Positions 50,640-63,859 of a DNA stretch of 64,000 nucleotides are shown here, piece by piece. A program made the position numbers and the translations under genes. The notes under the pieces were generated by a model, which made no database searches, had not been told where the DNA came from, and saw only the letters and a list, made by a program, of their open reading frames with translations. Within the stretch, counting starts at the first letter, position 1. The number at the start of each line of letters is the position of its first letter. Origin of the DNA: Zootoca vivipara (Eukaryota); NCBI RefSeq assembly GCF_963506605.1, contig NC_083279.1, forward strand, positions 620,001 to 684,000, in the 5' to 3' direction.

Positions 50640-50839
50640 AAAATAAAAAAATTCCTTCAGTAGCACCTTAAAGACCAACTAAGTTTATATTTTGGTATGA
50701 GCTTTCGTGTGCATGCACACTTCTTCAGATACACACGAAAGCTCATACCAAAATATAAACTTAGTTGGTCTTTAAGGTGCTACTGAAGGAATTTTTTTAT
50801 TTTGCTTCGACTCAGACCAACGCGGCTACCTACCTGTAA
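50640..50839 (+). mobile_element. Penelope-like fold-back insertion
   Basis: Perfect 12-bp TSD CCGGAAGTAGGT (50628-39, 50840-51); 72-bp perfect inverted arms 50640-50711 and 50732-50803. Confidence 0.88.
50695..50732 (-). ncRNA. Minimal type I hammerhead ribozyme motif (PLE-associated)
   Basis: Minus strand GUAU-CUGAAGA-A-GUGUGCAUGCACAC-GAAA-GC-UC-AUAC. Confidence 0.7.
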
Positions 50840-51825
50840 CCGGAAGTAGGTGTTTTGGTTTTTGAACTTTGCCTTGGAAGCAGAACATGTTTTGCTTCCT
50901 GCTGAGTGTGTTCCTTTTGTAAATTGAGTCTCCTGCTGCTATGGGAAAGCACGCCTTGGTTTAAAAACACTTTGTTTTAAGAACGGATTAAGTTCGTAAA
51001 CCAAGGTGCCACTGTAAGCATCTGGAAAGTAGCATCTTGATTCTAAAGTTTTCATTATAGTTTGATTAATTCCTTAAAAGAGGATTTTAAAGTTTTGCAG
51101 CAGGATGTTGCTTGAGTCTGGTAAGCCTCCTTAGAAAGATTACACCAGTGGCTGTTGGGGGAGACTGGGAGTTTCTGGGAGAGCTGTTGCATTAAAATTT
51201 CTTCTTCCCAGTCCTCTTGTTGCTGTTGACTCACCACACCCACAATGGTCACATGGGAATATGAACACACTTCCATTCAGAGACGGGTTGCTGAGTACCA
51301 GGCCCCCAGGTACCACAAGATTCCCCAAAGGAAAAACGTGTCTCATCCAGACTGAGGCTTTCATTAGTTTCTAGTTCTCAGAACTGTTTTATTCTTGTAG
51401 TTATCTAATATTTATGAGAGCCTTTTCAGTGATGAACACTTTACATGCACAGGGACATTCACCTGTACTCCTGCTGCTTTTTCGGCTGGCCTATTATAAT
51501 CAATATGCTGCAAATCACGATTTTTAAAAAAGATCACTTTAGTTGAAATGTATTCATTTTTATTCCACATTGCTACATTGTAATGCAGAATGTTTAAAGG
51601 TGTACAAGTTTAATGCAAAATATATTTACCTTCAAACAAATTTGAAGAAAAGCAATGTGTTGTCTATAAAGGAGATTTTTTTAAAAACCCTAGTTATTTA
51701 TTATTTGCTTTTTTCTGTAAGAAAAGTCAGCATAAAATAATTAAAAATGCTGTGTACTTTTCCATAAGTTTTTGCTTTGTTCAAAAACTGGTTAGCTCAG
51801 CAGATACAAATAGTCAAATAAACAA

Positions 51826-52185
51826 CTTTAAAAGTCAACACCAACACTTTGAATTGTGCTCAAAAACGTACTGGGAGCCAATGTAGACCTTATAGGGTCT
51901 GCATTGTTATGCAGGTGTTTTATGGTCCTGGTGGCCACTCCCAGTCACCAATCTGGCAGCCACATTCTGTAGTTTCCGGGTCACCTTCAAAGGTAGCTCC
52001 ACATAGAGCACATTGCAGTGAGTAATCCAAGCAGGATATAGCCAGAACATGCACCACTCTGGCGAGACAGCCTGCGGACAGCCCGCGTACCAGATGGAGC
52101 TGGTAGACAGCTGTCCTGGACACAGAATTGACCTGTGCCTCCATGGACAGCTGTGGATCCAATATGATTCCAAATGCTTGAACTG
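51826..52185 (-). mobile_element. L2-type LINE fragment
   Basis: ILDPQLSMEAQVNSVSRTAVYQLHLV, CNVLYVELPLKVTRKLQNVAARLVTG. Confidence 0.85.
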
Positions 52186-52352
52186 ACATTTGGTGGAAGC
52201 GAATCTAAGGAACTGAGACAAACACTGGTGACACTAATAAACAAAACAAAAACTGGCAAATCACCAGATTTTAATGGAAAGGGATCATTTGGGGGGGGGA
52301 TCCTGGATAAGGCTTTAAATGGCTACTAAGTAACCCATTTGGATATGTTATA

Positions 52353-52673
52353 CAGTGGTACCTCGGTTTATGAACACAATTGGTTCCGGAAGACTGTTCA
52401 TAAATTGAAGCGTTCATAAACTGAAGCGAACTTTCCCATTGAAAGTAATGGAAAGTAGATTAATCCATTCCAGACGGGTCCGCGGAGTACTCAACCTGAA
52501 GCGTACTTAACCCGAAGCATGGGTGTAATTGGTTCCGGAAGTCTGTTCATAAACTGAAGCGTTCATAAACTGAAGCGAACTTTCCCATTGAAAGTAATGG
52601 AAAGTGAATTAACCCGTTCCAGATGGGTCCGCAGCGTTCGTAAACCGAAAATTCATAAACTGAGGTTCCACTG
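52353..52673. mobile_element. Tc1/mariner-pogo type MITE (family A, opposite orientation to 32284)
   Basis: TA-CAGTGGTACCTCGG ... GAGGTTCCACTG-TA. Confidence 0.9.
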
Positions 52674-54034
52674 TACTGCCACAGTTGGAGTCAATATACT
52701 TCTGAAGACTTGTGCCACTGGCCTGAACTAGCAAGCTCATGTTCTTAAAATACTACTGGCATTAAACAATGGGGTAGGGCGAAGGAGCAGCACTGATCTG
52801 TACAGATACTAACAAAATGCAATATGCTCCTGAATATTTCTCTCTTCTTTCCTTCATCCAGTCCCTACAGAGTATCATTAATAAGTTTATTTAAGCATGA
52901 GCTATATGAGAAAAATAATATGACATCCAAATTAACATTCTTTTAAAAATATATCCTAAGTTCATGTTACGTTAGTCAGTTTTAATAGAATGAGATAAGG
53001 TTCTCCATCTGTACAATGATGTAGGCTTCTACTGGATAAATCGATGAAATGTTGCTCTTAATAGTACTCAGAAGAGAATGCCTAACAAATCTGTAACATC
53101 TTAACTGCTTTTCTTTCATAAGAAATGTTAAAGTGCAGGTGGTAACTTTTTAACAAAATCTTCTAAGTTTGCTGTGTAGGAAATGTAAACTGCCATGGCA
53201 TTCATCTTTCATAATATAGGCAGACATGAAAATGTCATAAATTTAAGTGCCTTGCATGCTTAAAGCTTTATCTTGGTGTGATTCTACTCTACAGCGGAGT
53301 GTATGGATGAAGCAGTCACAGAAATGGACAAGTCTTTGCATTTAAAAGGAGAAGAAAGTACAAAAAGATGTATCAGCTTGATAGGTCATTTCATAGTTAT
53401 TCACAAACTTTATAAATTACTTACACTCTGCATGCTTCCATATTGGGCAAGCTAGAAATGACCAACTTTATTTTTTAAGGTCTACTGAAATAAAATGGAA
53501 AAGCAGAGTACCCAAAACAAATTTCCTTGGTAACATACTACTCTTAATTTAGAGAGCATGCCAAGTTCACAGTGTGAAAATGTCAGTTCTCTTATGCCAT
53601 TCCATTCATAAAGAGGTGTAGATTATTTATCTCCATTTCCCATTTCAACACAGTATTCAGGTTGTTCATAAAGGAAGTGCCTCAGCAATCATTGTCATTC
53701 TTTTGAAATACTGTGTGTACAATGTATTTTTAAGGGCAATCTAAAAAACAAATAGATTGCAGCAACTAGATACTTGCAAGGTATTATATGATTTATGGAT
53801 ATATGAGAAACCAATTAATCATCTTTTAGGGCAAAATTCTGATATAAGTCAACATGACTCATGTTAATGATATGACAGAATAGTTCTCATCATCTTTCAT
53901 ATTCAAATATTAGCTTCAGGGTGTATTTACCAGTTTCCTTGAAGGCTCACCTTGCCACCTACATGCCTACTTGTCTCCTTGGCCTGAGGAACTTATACAA
54001 GTGCTATACATTTTTCTTCCACATTTGTGAGGAG

Positions 54035-54310
54035 ACAACCTTAGGGGAGGGTAACACCGGGGTCAGACTGAGCCAGTCCAAAGGCCAAGTGGAACAGCTC
54101 TGTCTTGCAGGCCCTACGAAAAGTTGACAACTCCCGCTGGGCCCTAGTCTCTCCTGAGAGAGAGCGTTCCACCAGGTCGGGGCTAGTACTGAGAAGGCCC
54201 TGGTCCTGGTCGAGGCCAGCCTAACCACCTTGTGACTCCAGTATATTATTATTTGTAGACCTTAACGTCCTCTGCGGGGCATACCGGGAGAGGTGGTCCC
54301 GCAGGTACAT
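54035..54310 (-). mobile_element. L2-type LINE 3' fragment
   Basis: VRLASTRTRAFSVLAPTWWNAL motif. Confidence 0.75.
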
Positions 54311-54455
54311 AATTTATGTAATTATGTATTTTATGTAGGAAAGAACAATTCACTTTTACTCTGGTTTTACTACAATACCTAAGACCTATTGAATTTGGTA
54401 GGACTATTTGGGGATAGATAGCTTATCTTGCTATCTGAATTAAGTGGTTCAGTGC

Positions 54456-54858
54456 TGTTATGGTGTTGTTGCGGCTACTCTTGAGTAAAGACGCCCAAGT
54501 CCACTCTGTCTTTAAGAGTTTTATTGTGCATAGTATTTGCAGTGCAGAGATAGCAGAAAACATGACCTTTCAGTCACTTGCAGAATCCGGGAGTGGACGT
54601 TTCCAGCTACGGAACCAGCATAAGAGTTTGGGCACCCGAAAATGCCTCCTCCCGACCTTCCGCTTAGTGGCGCGCCGTAATTCGGGTGCCAGAAGGGGCT
54701 GCCTGTTCCCCTCCACCTCTTGGCCATCGCTGAGCCCTGACACCTCCGTCCCGCTAACTTCCTGATTCCCCTCACCTGACCCAATGCTGCTGCTCTCACT
54801 GGGCAAAGTGCTGGTCAACAGGAGAGGTGGAGGCTCCCTGTACAGAGGTCCCCTGACA
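54456..54858 (-). mobile_element. Solo LTR (Gypsy-like)
   Basis: Minus strand TGTCAGGG...CATAACA; AGTGC duplicated at 54451-55 and 54859-63; minus-strand AATAAA ~65 bp from its 3' end. Confidence 0.72.
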
Positions 54859-54933
54859 AGTGCTGTTATGTGTTTCCTGAAATGTTCATTTCTTTCCTTT
54901 ATTCCTTTTGTTTGCTACACTTTGAGTAATTAA

Positions 54934-55523
54934 GGGCTTGTCCACACTTCCACTTGTCCTTTGTTTAGAACAGCGTTTCTCAACCGCTGTTGTGTGCCGC
55001 TGTTGTGTGCCGCACCACTAGTGTGCCGCAAGACGCTGGCTGGTGTGCCGCAACGTGCGGCGACGAGAAGGGCGATTTGCCCTTCGGAAAGCAATATTTC
55101 TCCTCCTCTTTCCCAAAGCTCAGTGCAAACGAGCCTGGCGGCCGCCAATACACAACACTGACCCGCCGGAAAGCAATATTTGGCAAGTGTTTCTTACAGT
55201 CATAATTATAATATAGGGCGGCACAGAGTAAAATTTTTAAACTTTTTTAATGGTGGTGTGCCTCGTGATTTTTTTCACGGAACAAGTGTGCCGTGGCCCA
55301 AAAAAGGTTGAGAAACACTGGTTTAGAAAGCACAGGTCTGGGTCATTTTCCACTTGTCCAAGCAATTTTGTGTTTGCCCTGCCACTTTACCCAGGAAAAC
55401 TCACTCATTAGTGATAAATTGGAACAAATGGCAAATCATGATTTCTGTTCGCTCTGATTCAGTCCTAAACTGTGGGTTTTCCCAGGGGAAAGCAGCAGGA
55501 CAAATGGAAGTGCAGATGAGCCC
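54934..55523. mobile_element. PIF/Harbinger-like MITE interrupted by hAT MITE
   Basis: TAA-GGGCTTGTCCACACTTCCA ... TGGAAGTGCAGATGAGCCC-TAA (3-bp TAA TSD). Confidence 0.7.
54971..55320. mobile_element. hAT MITE family C (inverted relative to 20547-20891)
   Basis: TIRs CAGCGTTTCTCAACC / GGTTGAGAAACACTG; perfect TSD GTTTAGAA. Confidence 0.92.
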
Positions 55524-56512
55524 TAACTTGGGAAAGCATTGTATCAATTAAAGAAAACACACTGTGGGTTCATCCCTGTTAGGAGGTAAGCTGTGATATA
55601 CGGCAGGCTCCAGACACTATTCTAAAAGTGTCCATTCCCCACAGATCAGAAATACTGGAGCATGGAAAGGAGCTGTTACTTCAGCAATGAATTGCTCCAG
55701 CTGGGAGCTTATAATGGAGCTGGAGGACCCACCCCTTTCTGACTATGTCAGGCCTTGATTCAGGCAGGTGCTTTCATGCACTTCCACTTCCTCCCAAGTA
55801 GCCTAATGTGCCACCAGCTGAGCACTTAGGTGGAGGCTCTAAACCTGGCTGGCTCACCCACTTCTCCTGGGGGAGATGGGGAACAGGAAATCTGTGAGTT
55901 GGCCATGCATTCCAGCACCTGTATTTAATTGTTTACGGTTTGGCAAGCCAAATTTAATTGTTTATGTGGACTTTTATAGATGTTTCTTTTTCTTCGTGCT
56001 TTTATTGTTACATATTATGCAGATTAAAACTTAGGTTTGCCCTTGTCCAAGAAAAGAAATGAGGGTGTATTGTTGGAGAGAGATGTGCTGAGCTCTGTAA
56101 ACATCAAAGGTGGTTTTAAGCAAATTATCAATCAATGTTAATGGTTTTTTTAAATGGATAATTATAATTTCTGCTTTGGAAGTATGTGCTTCAACTTCAG
56201 ATGTAATGTGGTTTCCTTTGAAATACACTTATTCCAGATTTGTAGCAAGGCTACAAGTTTGTCTATTGTAGCTGTTGCTTAACATTTCTGTTTTGTTCCA
56301 TGTTGTGAAAAGCCCTTGTATGGGTATTGCTGGAATGCACCTGCTTGAAGTAAATCTTCTACAAGCCAGTTAATACTGCATAAAATGAAGCTATTTATTT
56401 TAATATTATGTGCAATTATTTTTTCAGTAGAAGTCAAATTAGTTCATTGAACTTTTTATAGGGGTGTAATAACACTCCTGCCTATTGGTCATTCTTGAAT
56501 GGAAGATGCAAC

Positions 56513-57290
56513 TTTTTTTTTTAAAATAAATCTTTATTCGATTTTATAAAACGTACAAATCCAAGAAAAAATAGGACACACAAAAAACAGAACTACAAAA
56601 TCATAAAGAACAAATCATAAATTTTCAGACATAAAAAGATACAGGACAAAAATAGAAAAGCAAAAGGGCACAAAGAAAAAATGAGGGGGGAAAAAGAATT
56701 AAAAATAAAAATTCACTTCCTGTTATTTACCGTACACTTTCCTTTGTAGATTCTCTTTTCCTTGCTATACCTCTTGATCTATTTAATTACCATATTTCTC
56801 TTTGCTTTATAATTTAACCTCTCCTTTTATATCTCTATTCTAAGCATTTTGCCAAATTAGATTCTAAATTTTCTTTTTCCAAGTAATCTTGTACATATTT
56901 CCATTCCCCCATTATCTTTTGCCTCGGAACATTCCTAATTATTGCAGTTAATTTTGCCATCCTCAGATATTGAACCAATTTTTCTTGCCATTCTTGGACT
57001 GTTGGTAGGCTAACTCCTTTCCATTTCGATGCAATTAAAACCCTTGCCGCTGCACAAGCATAAAGCAAGATATTTATTCTGTCCTTCGGGACATTTGAAG
57101 GGGTCATACTTAAAAGGAAGGTTTCAGGACTTTTTCGGAAAGTACATTTTAACAGCTTTTTCAATTTTTCATATATCTTATTCCAGAATTCCGCCACCTT
57201 GGGGCATGTCCACCAACAATGATAGAAATTTCCCACTTGTCTTATCTAAACATTTTATGTCGGAAAGGGCATTTCATAGATGGAAAACTT
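56513..57290 (-). mobile_element. L1 LINE 3' fragment (ORF2 C-terminus, 3' UTR, polyA)
   Basis: ORF 56835-57236 with HCWWTCPKVAEFW and AARVLIASKWK...PTVQEW motifs of non-mammalian L1; minus-strand AATAAA (56533-38) and T-run 56513-22. 5' boundary uncertain. Confidence 0.88.
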
Positions 57291-60200
57291 TTGTTATCCT
57301 GTTTGCATACCCATAAGACAATCCCATGCAAAGTGGAGATGCTGGTATGTAGTGTAGTTATTTTAGAGGCACAGTACTCTTAAAAAATCTACAGTACACA
57401 TCTCAGGTCAGCAATGAACTCTTCCCGCCGAAACCTTACAGGGCTGCTGTAAACTAAGATAATATATGTGTTTTGCTTTAAGCATTTCAAAAAAGTGCTG
57501 CATAAATACTAAGCATTGTACTTCATTTCAACTGTAATTGAGCTTCAATTATTTTTTTCCCTATACATGCAGAAAAAAATGTGTCTTAGTTCTGAATTGT
57601 TGTACTTGCATTCTTTATCATACCTTAAGAACTGAAGTCTATGCATTAATGCTGTTGAATAGTTTTAGCTAAAATTGAGACTAAAATGAAATCTGATGGA
57701 CTGAACACAGTTGACAGCACCTTTTTGAGTGATGAAATTGCTATTGATTTATGACAAATACAAGTAAAAGCAGTCAGGGGCTGTTTTGCTGCTGTCACTT
57801 GAGAACTGAAAGTAGGCAGGTTTTGTTATCAATCATCTCTTGTCGGTATAAGACAGCGGCAAGCTGTTATAATTGATTTGATAGCTACATCTGAGTTTTG
57901 CTCTAGTGGGCACCATGGATTGTGGCAGACCAGTGGTGCAGAGAATTGACATGGAAAGGAAATGGCATTACTCCTCAAAGGCAAAGTTATATGATGATTA
58001 GAAAACATGTTGATCAAAATGCTTCTCTATGCAAAAAAAATTAGGCTGAGATGTAGTTGGGCCTGAGTTTTGTGTAGAAAATGTGTACAGTACAAGAGTA
58101 AAATTTAAGAAGGAACATTCTGGAAAATGCTGTTGATCATCAAACTCTGAAACTACCGGGTCAGAATGTCTTTTTCCTAGCTACTTTGAGGATGACTGTT
58201 GAAGGCCACTCACTAATTGAACTTTTCTCTGGAGAGGGAATGTTAGAGACAAATCTAATTGCCGAACTCACTTTTTGTGGGTAGAATATTTGATAGGGGA
58301 GGTTTATTAGGTGCAAACATAATGCCAAACCATAATGCCTGCATGTTAACTGTTAACTGTCCCTAAGAGTTGTTCTCAGTTTTTCTACCTTCAGTGAACC
58401 TATTCCATATTGGATTGTTCACATATCAACCACAAATTCCCACTGCACTGAAGTGGATTATGAGCCTTTCCTGCAAGTGCCCATTCCAGGAAAAGCCAAC
58501 AGTCATGGGCAGGCAGCCATTCAGGGGAGTTTGCTTGATACTACGGTACTGATTTCTTCAACTGAAGAGCTTTTTGAACAGTTCTGCCTCTGAGGAGGAA
58601 ATCCATGATCCTTCCAAGGGACTTGGGTCACAGAGATCAGGCGGGTGGGTGCGTGCAGATCAGGCATGGAGATGAGGAAAAGCAGCTGCAGAGATTATGT
58701 ATAGGCAATTTGTATTGTTTAACAAAAAAAATCTTAATAAATATTTTTAAAAAGAAAAATAGAAAGAAAAATTGCACAGCGCTAAAACGGACCATAATTG
58801 GGAACCACTGGTTTACGTTCTCTAACTACTCTGAATTCTAAAGGCTTGGTATCCAATATTTACAAATTACTAGTAAGTCAGGCAGTGGGCTCCTTTCAGG
58901 GTCTTATGATATCTTTGGATGGTGCCCTTAATGTCAGATTGGTGAACATAAATGGGGTCAAATTTCGGTAAATGTTCCATTAAAAACTGTTATCTTCTAG
59001 GATTCAATAATCCACTCTAAAAGCAGTATTTAGGTGATACTCTGTTACGCCTTTCCAAAACCAATACAGTACAAATATCTTGTAACACTATTGGAACTTA
59101 TGTGCATGTGTGGTGGGAATGTGAAATTTTGAATAGTTTTTGGATAAAGGTTTTTACCATTATCACTCAAATCATAGATCAATCATTAACACCAGATTGA
59201 GTATTGAACTTGCTTTCAATAGAAAGCACTACAAATCCCAGAGTATCTCATAAGATACTGGTCTTTCTATTACTAGCAGCGGGAAGAATGTCAGATAGTC
59301 AATGGAAAACTTGCTGACCTCCCTTGCTTGATCATTGATTTGGTGGAGTCTGGAATGTAGCTCTCTCTGAGTATCAAAGAAAAGTAAGCAGGGAAGAATC
59401 TAAATCATTTCGATGCTATTTGAACTAAATTTTTGATACATGTCACTGCAACATAGACCCCCAATGGTTCAATTGAGTTTGTGGAGAGAATATATTTTAT
59501 AAGATTAGGATAAATGCTTTGGATTGTGATTAAAAGATGCATCACATGTGTTAATGTAGGGTACTGTCTTCCCTCCCATTCTATCCTAGCTTTCATCCTC
59601 CACCTTTTGTATCACTATGTTTGATTTTGTTTATATTTTGTCTTTATTTTCAAAACTAAAACAATATAAAAAGTAGGATGGGTATCTACAGAACCCTAAT
59701 CCTGTCACACCTTCCTAATATAGCTGTATGGTGCTCTATATAACAAACGGCTGAAAAAAGGTTTGGTGCATACAGGACTGGTACCATAATAACAAAAATA
59801 TATTTGATGAAGGAGGAATAGTATTTCTATTGCAATTGGCATATGTTGTACTTAAATTTTTGTAAGAAAATATCTCTGAGAAACAATAGAAATATAGGTT
59901 AAAGCCGATGACACAGTAATAATATAGAGGCTTCAGAGCTAGTAAGAATTTCCTTTGAATTACAAGACTGTTCTCCTAGGAAGAGCAAGCAGAATTGTCG
60001 CTAGGACTTATTCTTGAGGGACTGAAAACTCTCCATAGGGAGATAGCAGAAAACATAAGCTCTTTATATAGTGATACATTTGTGAACAATATGTAAAAAT
60101 ATAGACTTTCTTCAAGTTGTTTGCCTCTATGTTTTTATAAATTTCATGAAACAATATTGTTATAATGTGAATGTGCAGTTTCTTTATTGTGTTTGTTTTA

Positions 60201-60596
60201 TGTGTGTCACAAATCCCCAGTGTGCTGAATAGGATTCCGAGTCTTTCCTGCAGACGCCCATTTTAGGAAAAGCCAAAGATTGTGGCCAGGCAGCTATTCA
60301 GGGGAGCTTGCTTGACACGACTGATGTCTTCCACTTAGGATAAGCATCTACGGAACCTTGATTCTGTTGAATTGTCCTAATATGCCTGTCTTCATGATGG
60401 CTCCTGATGCACAATTAGGTTACACCCCAGCATAAGGTGGGTTATGCCACTGGAACTGCTGCTACTGCTCCTCTTGTGGGTGTGGGTGTGTATGAGTGGG
60501 TGGGTGGGTGTGAGGGAGAGGAAAAGAATAAGAATGATGGAGTGAGATAAGAAATGAGTTTGGCATAGAATTCTTCTGTTACACAGGATTCTAGAA

Positions 60597-60730
60597 CAGG
60601 CATCCCCAAACTGTCCCTCCAGATGTTTCGGCCTACAACTGCCATGATCCCTAACTAAGAGGACCAGTGGTCGGGGAAGATGGGAATTGTAGTCCAAAAC
60701 ATCTGGAGGGCCGAAGTTTGGGGATGCCTG
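60597..60730. mobile_element. hAT MITE family B
   Basis: TIR CAGGCATCCCCAAACT; partial TSD TTCTAGAA/TTCTAAGT. Confidence 0.88.
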
Positions 60731-62089
60731 TTCTAAGTAAGTGTTTTAGGCACTCTTTCAGAGTAAAGGCCTCAAAAAGTCTGCTTGCCTTAATTGGTGG
60801 GTGGTTTTGCGGCAAGGGGCTGGGCAGGCCTCCCCTGATTTTTAAAAACCCGTCTGACCAATCAGTGCTGGCTGGGCCTGCTCTTGGGCAGGATAAATTG
60901 TGGCCTGGCTTAGGTCACTCCTTCTGCCTCTCTTTGCCAGTCATAGCCCCATCCCAACGGTGGTTTACCTTTAGATGCACTCCCAGCAGAATGGCTAGAA
61001 TGATATAATCTGGCTTCACCCAATGCCTATGCCAAACCTCATCTGTAACCAATACAGGTTGTGGCCTATTTGAACCCATAATACCATATACTGTTGTTTT
61101 GAACTGCGGGATCATGGGGTCTTGGCACACAAATGCCATGCATAATAGAAAAAGATACATAGGTACATTGGACACAAAAAATCGGCATACATTATTATGA
61201 AACAGTACTTTTGCACTTTTGTCATGAACTGCCCTGTGATCTTCGGGTGAAGGGTGGTAACAAATTTAATAAATCAGTTGTGTTTATTGATTTATTAAAT
61301 TGGCAAGGCAGCATGAGTGAGGCTGTCTTTGATTTCTAATGGTTATCAGGAGTTGGTAAATTAGTGGGGAGCTTGGGGCAGTGTGGTCGTAATGTGGGGA
61401 GAATAGGATAGGCTCTAATATTATCCCTGCATCATGCCAAGCTCTTCACTGCCTTTCCCCTCTCCTCTCAGTAACTGCTTGTGATAACCGGTGTTGGGAA
61501 CTCAGGAGAGCAACATAGCCCCCACCTCTGCCACCCTGCAAGCCAGCACTAACTTAAGGCCATTCACCATGATAACGGATCTTCTCAGTGGATATATGAG
61601 CAAGACCTCCGAAGTTGCTCATAAGGTACAAGCAAGATTGTACATATTGAGATAGTGATCATCTGGTTCCAAACCATTTGAAGGTTAACATCAGCATTGT
61701 GTTAGGAGAACTTCTGTACAGTTGATTTCATGTTGTGGCTTCCTAATTCCCACCAACATCCTGCAATTTGCAGCAATTGGAAGTTTCCAAATAATTTTCA
61801 TGCATTACAGAAGTCCAGCTGGGAAGTAACAAGTCAGTTTCTACTGTTTTAGTTAGGATTTCAAGTGGCATGCATTAACTGCTAAGGGGCACCCCTGATC
61901 ACTGGTGTTATTTGCACCTCAGATAGTGGCGAGACCAGGAGCATTTCCAAGCACTGAACATCATTCAGGGGTAGTGTAACCTCATCCAGGACTTCTCACA
62001 CCTCCATTCTGATCAGCTGCAGCCTAACCTTCAGAGCCGTGGTCTTATCTGGATTAATTTTCAGCTTGTTCCTTTTACTGGTTTACTTG

Positions 62090-62270
62090 TTCCAACCTCT
62101 CCTTAAAAACCTCCAAGGAAGGAGAGTCCATCACCTCCCAAGGGGAGACCGTTCCACTGTTGAACAGCTCTTATTTGTTAGAAAGTTTTCCCATACATTC
62201 AGTCAGAATCTCCTTTCTTGTAACCTGAAGCCATTGGTTTGAGTCCTACCCTTCAGAGCAGGAGAAAATA
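62090..62270 (-). mobile_element. CR1 fragment
   Basis: Homologous to 28230-28400. Confidence 0.8.
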
Positions 62271-63152
62271 TTTCTTTCACTTTTTCCTCTCTCTCAAATT
62301 TCTTTCAAGTTCAGCATCATAGTAAAACATTTCAAACTGCTGGAACCTCCCCATTTCAAACATACAGTGATAAAATAAGCATGAGCTGTTGAATTTCTGT
62401 CTGGTGTGCATATTCTGCAGCTGCACGTGCTCACCAGGAAAAAGATGGCAATCTGAAACCCAGAAAGTTACCTAGAATATGTTACATACCTTTCTGCCAT
62501 AACTGATAAGTTGGCTGTGAAACAAAAATTCAAAAAGGGGCATTCTGAGATCTATTTACCTGCCTAGTGATAGCGGTTTTTAAAAAAACCCATTTCTGTA
62601 TTACAGTTTTTCTTTCTTTTAAATTGACTTGGCATGATCAACAAATTATTCTATTCTATTCGTTATTACGTTTGTATACCACCCTTTCTCCCCAAAGAAT
62701 ATTATGGCCTTTTAAAGTCTTAACACATTTAAGACCACTTTGTCAGACTGCGGTATGCACCTACAAATGTTCCTTTATTTTATGCCACAGTAATGTAAGT
62801 TTGACATCTCCTTGTTTCTCCACACTCTTGAGTGGACATGGCAGCCATCATGTGAGAGAGGGAGGGTGGTGCTTACATTAATCTTTTAATGTTTTGAAAT
62901 ACTCTCAAATTCTGGATATTAAAAGAAAGGGGTGCAAAATGCATTAACATTTACATAGGTTGTTTGCCACAGTAAATGTGGCATTCCAGGTATCCAGAAC
63001 ATGAAGCAGGGTTTTGAAGGCTCAGCTGCATAGGCAATCCTGCAAAACATGTTCATAAGCATGCTGCTGGAGAGGTACTGCTAAAAAATAATGAATTATG
63101 TTGCAGTCCCAATCCCATTTGCCTGGGAGTAAGCCCTTTTGAATTCAGTAGG

Positions 63153-63515
63153 ACAGAAGAAGAATGGAAAGATTTTAAGTCATATTTTAAAAAAATATGC
63201 AAAAGTAATATATTAAGATCAGAATTAGGCTGAAAATAAACTGTGGAATTTATGAATATGTTAATTGAAAGGATTAAAAGAAGAGTATATAAGGTGATTA
63301 AAATGGTTTAGAAATTGCTAAAATAAAAGTTTGTCAAAGAACCACAGGGGAAGGGAATCCGAGGGGGTCCCCATATACAATGTGAAGGGAAAAAGAAATA
63401 AGTAACTTGATTTTGTGTTTTTATTTTTTGTGTTTTGTTATCGTTGTAGTGTTTTCTTTTTGTGTCTATTTCTTTGTATTTTGAAAAATTCCAATAAAAA
63501 GTATTATAAAAAAAA
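63153..63515 (+). mobile_element. Probable L1 3' end fragment
   Basis: EEEWKDFKSY-like ORF2 terminus, T-rich UTR, AATAAA then A-rich tail. Confidence 0.55.
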
Positions 63516-63782
63516 TAAGAAATGAAATGAAACTATTGGGCTACACAAAAAGAAAAAAGAAAAAAAGGCTCTATTTCTGTGTAGAATTAATTGGTTAGCA
63601 TTGTGCTGTTAGGCCTGCTCTTCCAATAATTTTGATATATTTTGATATAATGACATATTTGACCACAGTACTTGCTGAGGTTGTGACATAACATACTGGA
63701 TTAAGAGTGTGTGTATGTACACCCCCTCCAGTATTTTTAAATATTAATTATTCAAATGACAATACTGCTGAACTTGGGCCTC

Positions 63783-63859
63783 ATTTATTTTTTGTAATTA
63801 ATTAATTTATTTTTTGTAATTAATTAATTTATTTTTTGTAATTAATTAATTAATTAATT
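63783..63859. repeat. AT-rich minisatellite (~22-bp unit ATTTATTTTTTGTAATTAATTA x3)
   Basis: Direct observation. Confidence 0.85.

Larger units (their letters stand above)
50564..51014. mobile_element. Tc1/mariner-pogo type MITE interrupted by Penelope-like insertion
   Basis: TA-CAGTGCTACCTTGGTTTA / TAAACCAAGGTGCCACTG-TA. Confidence 0.82.
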
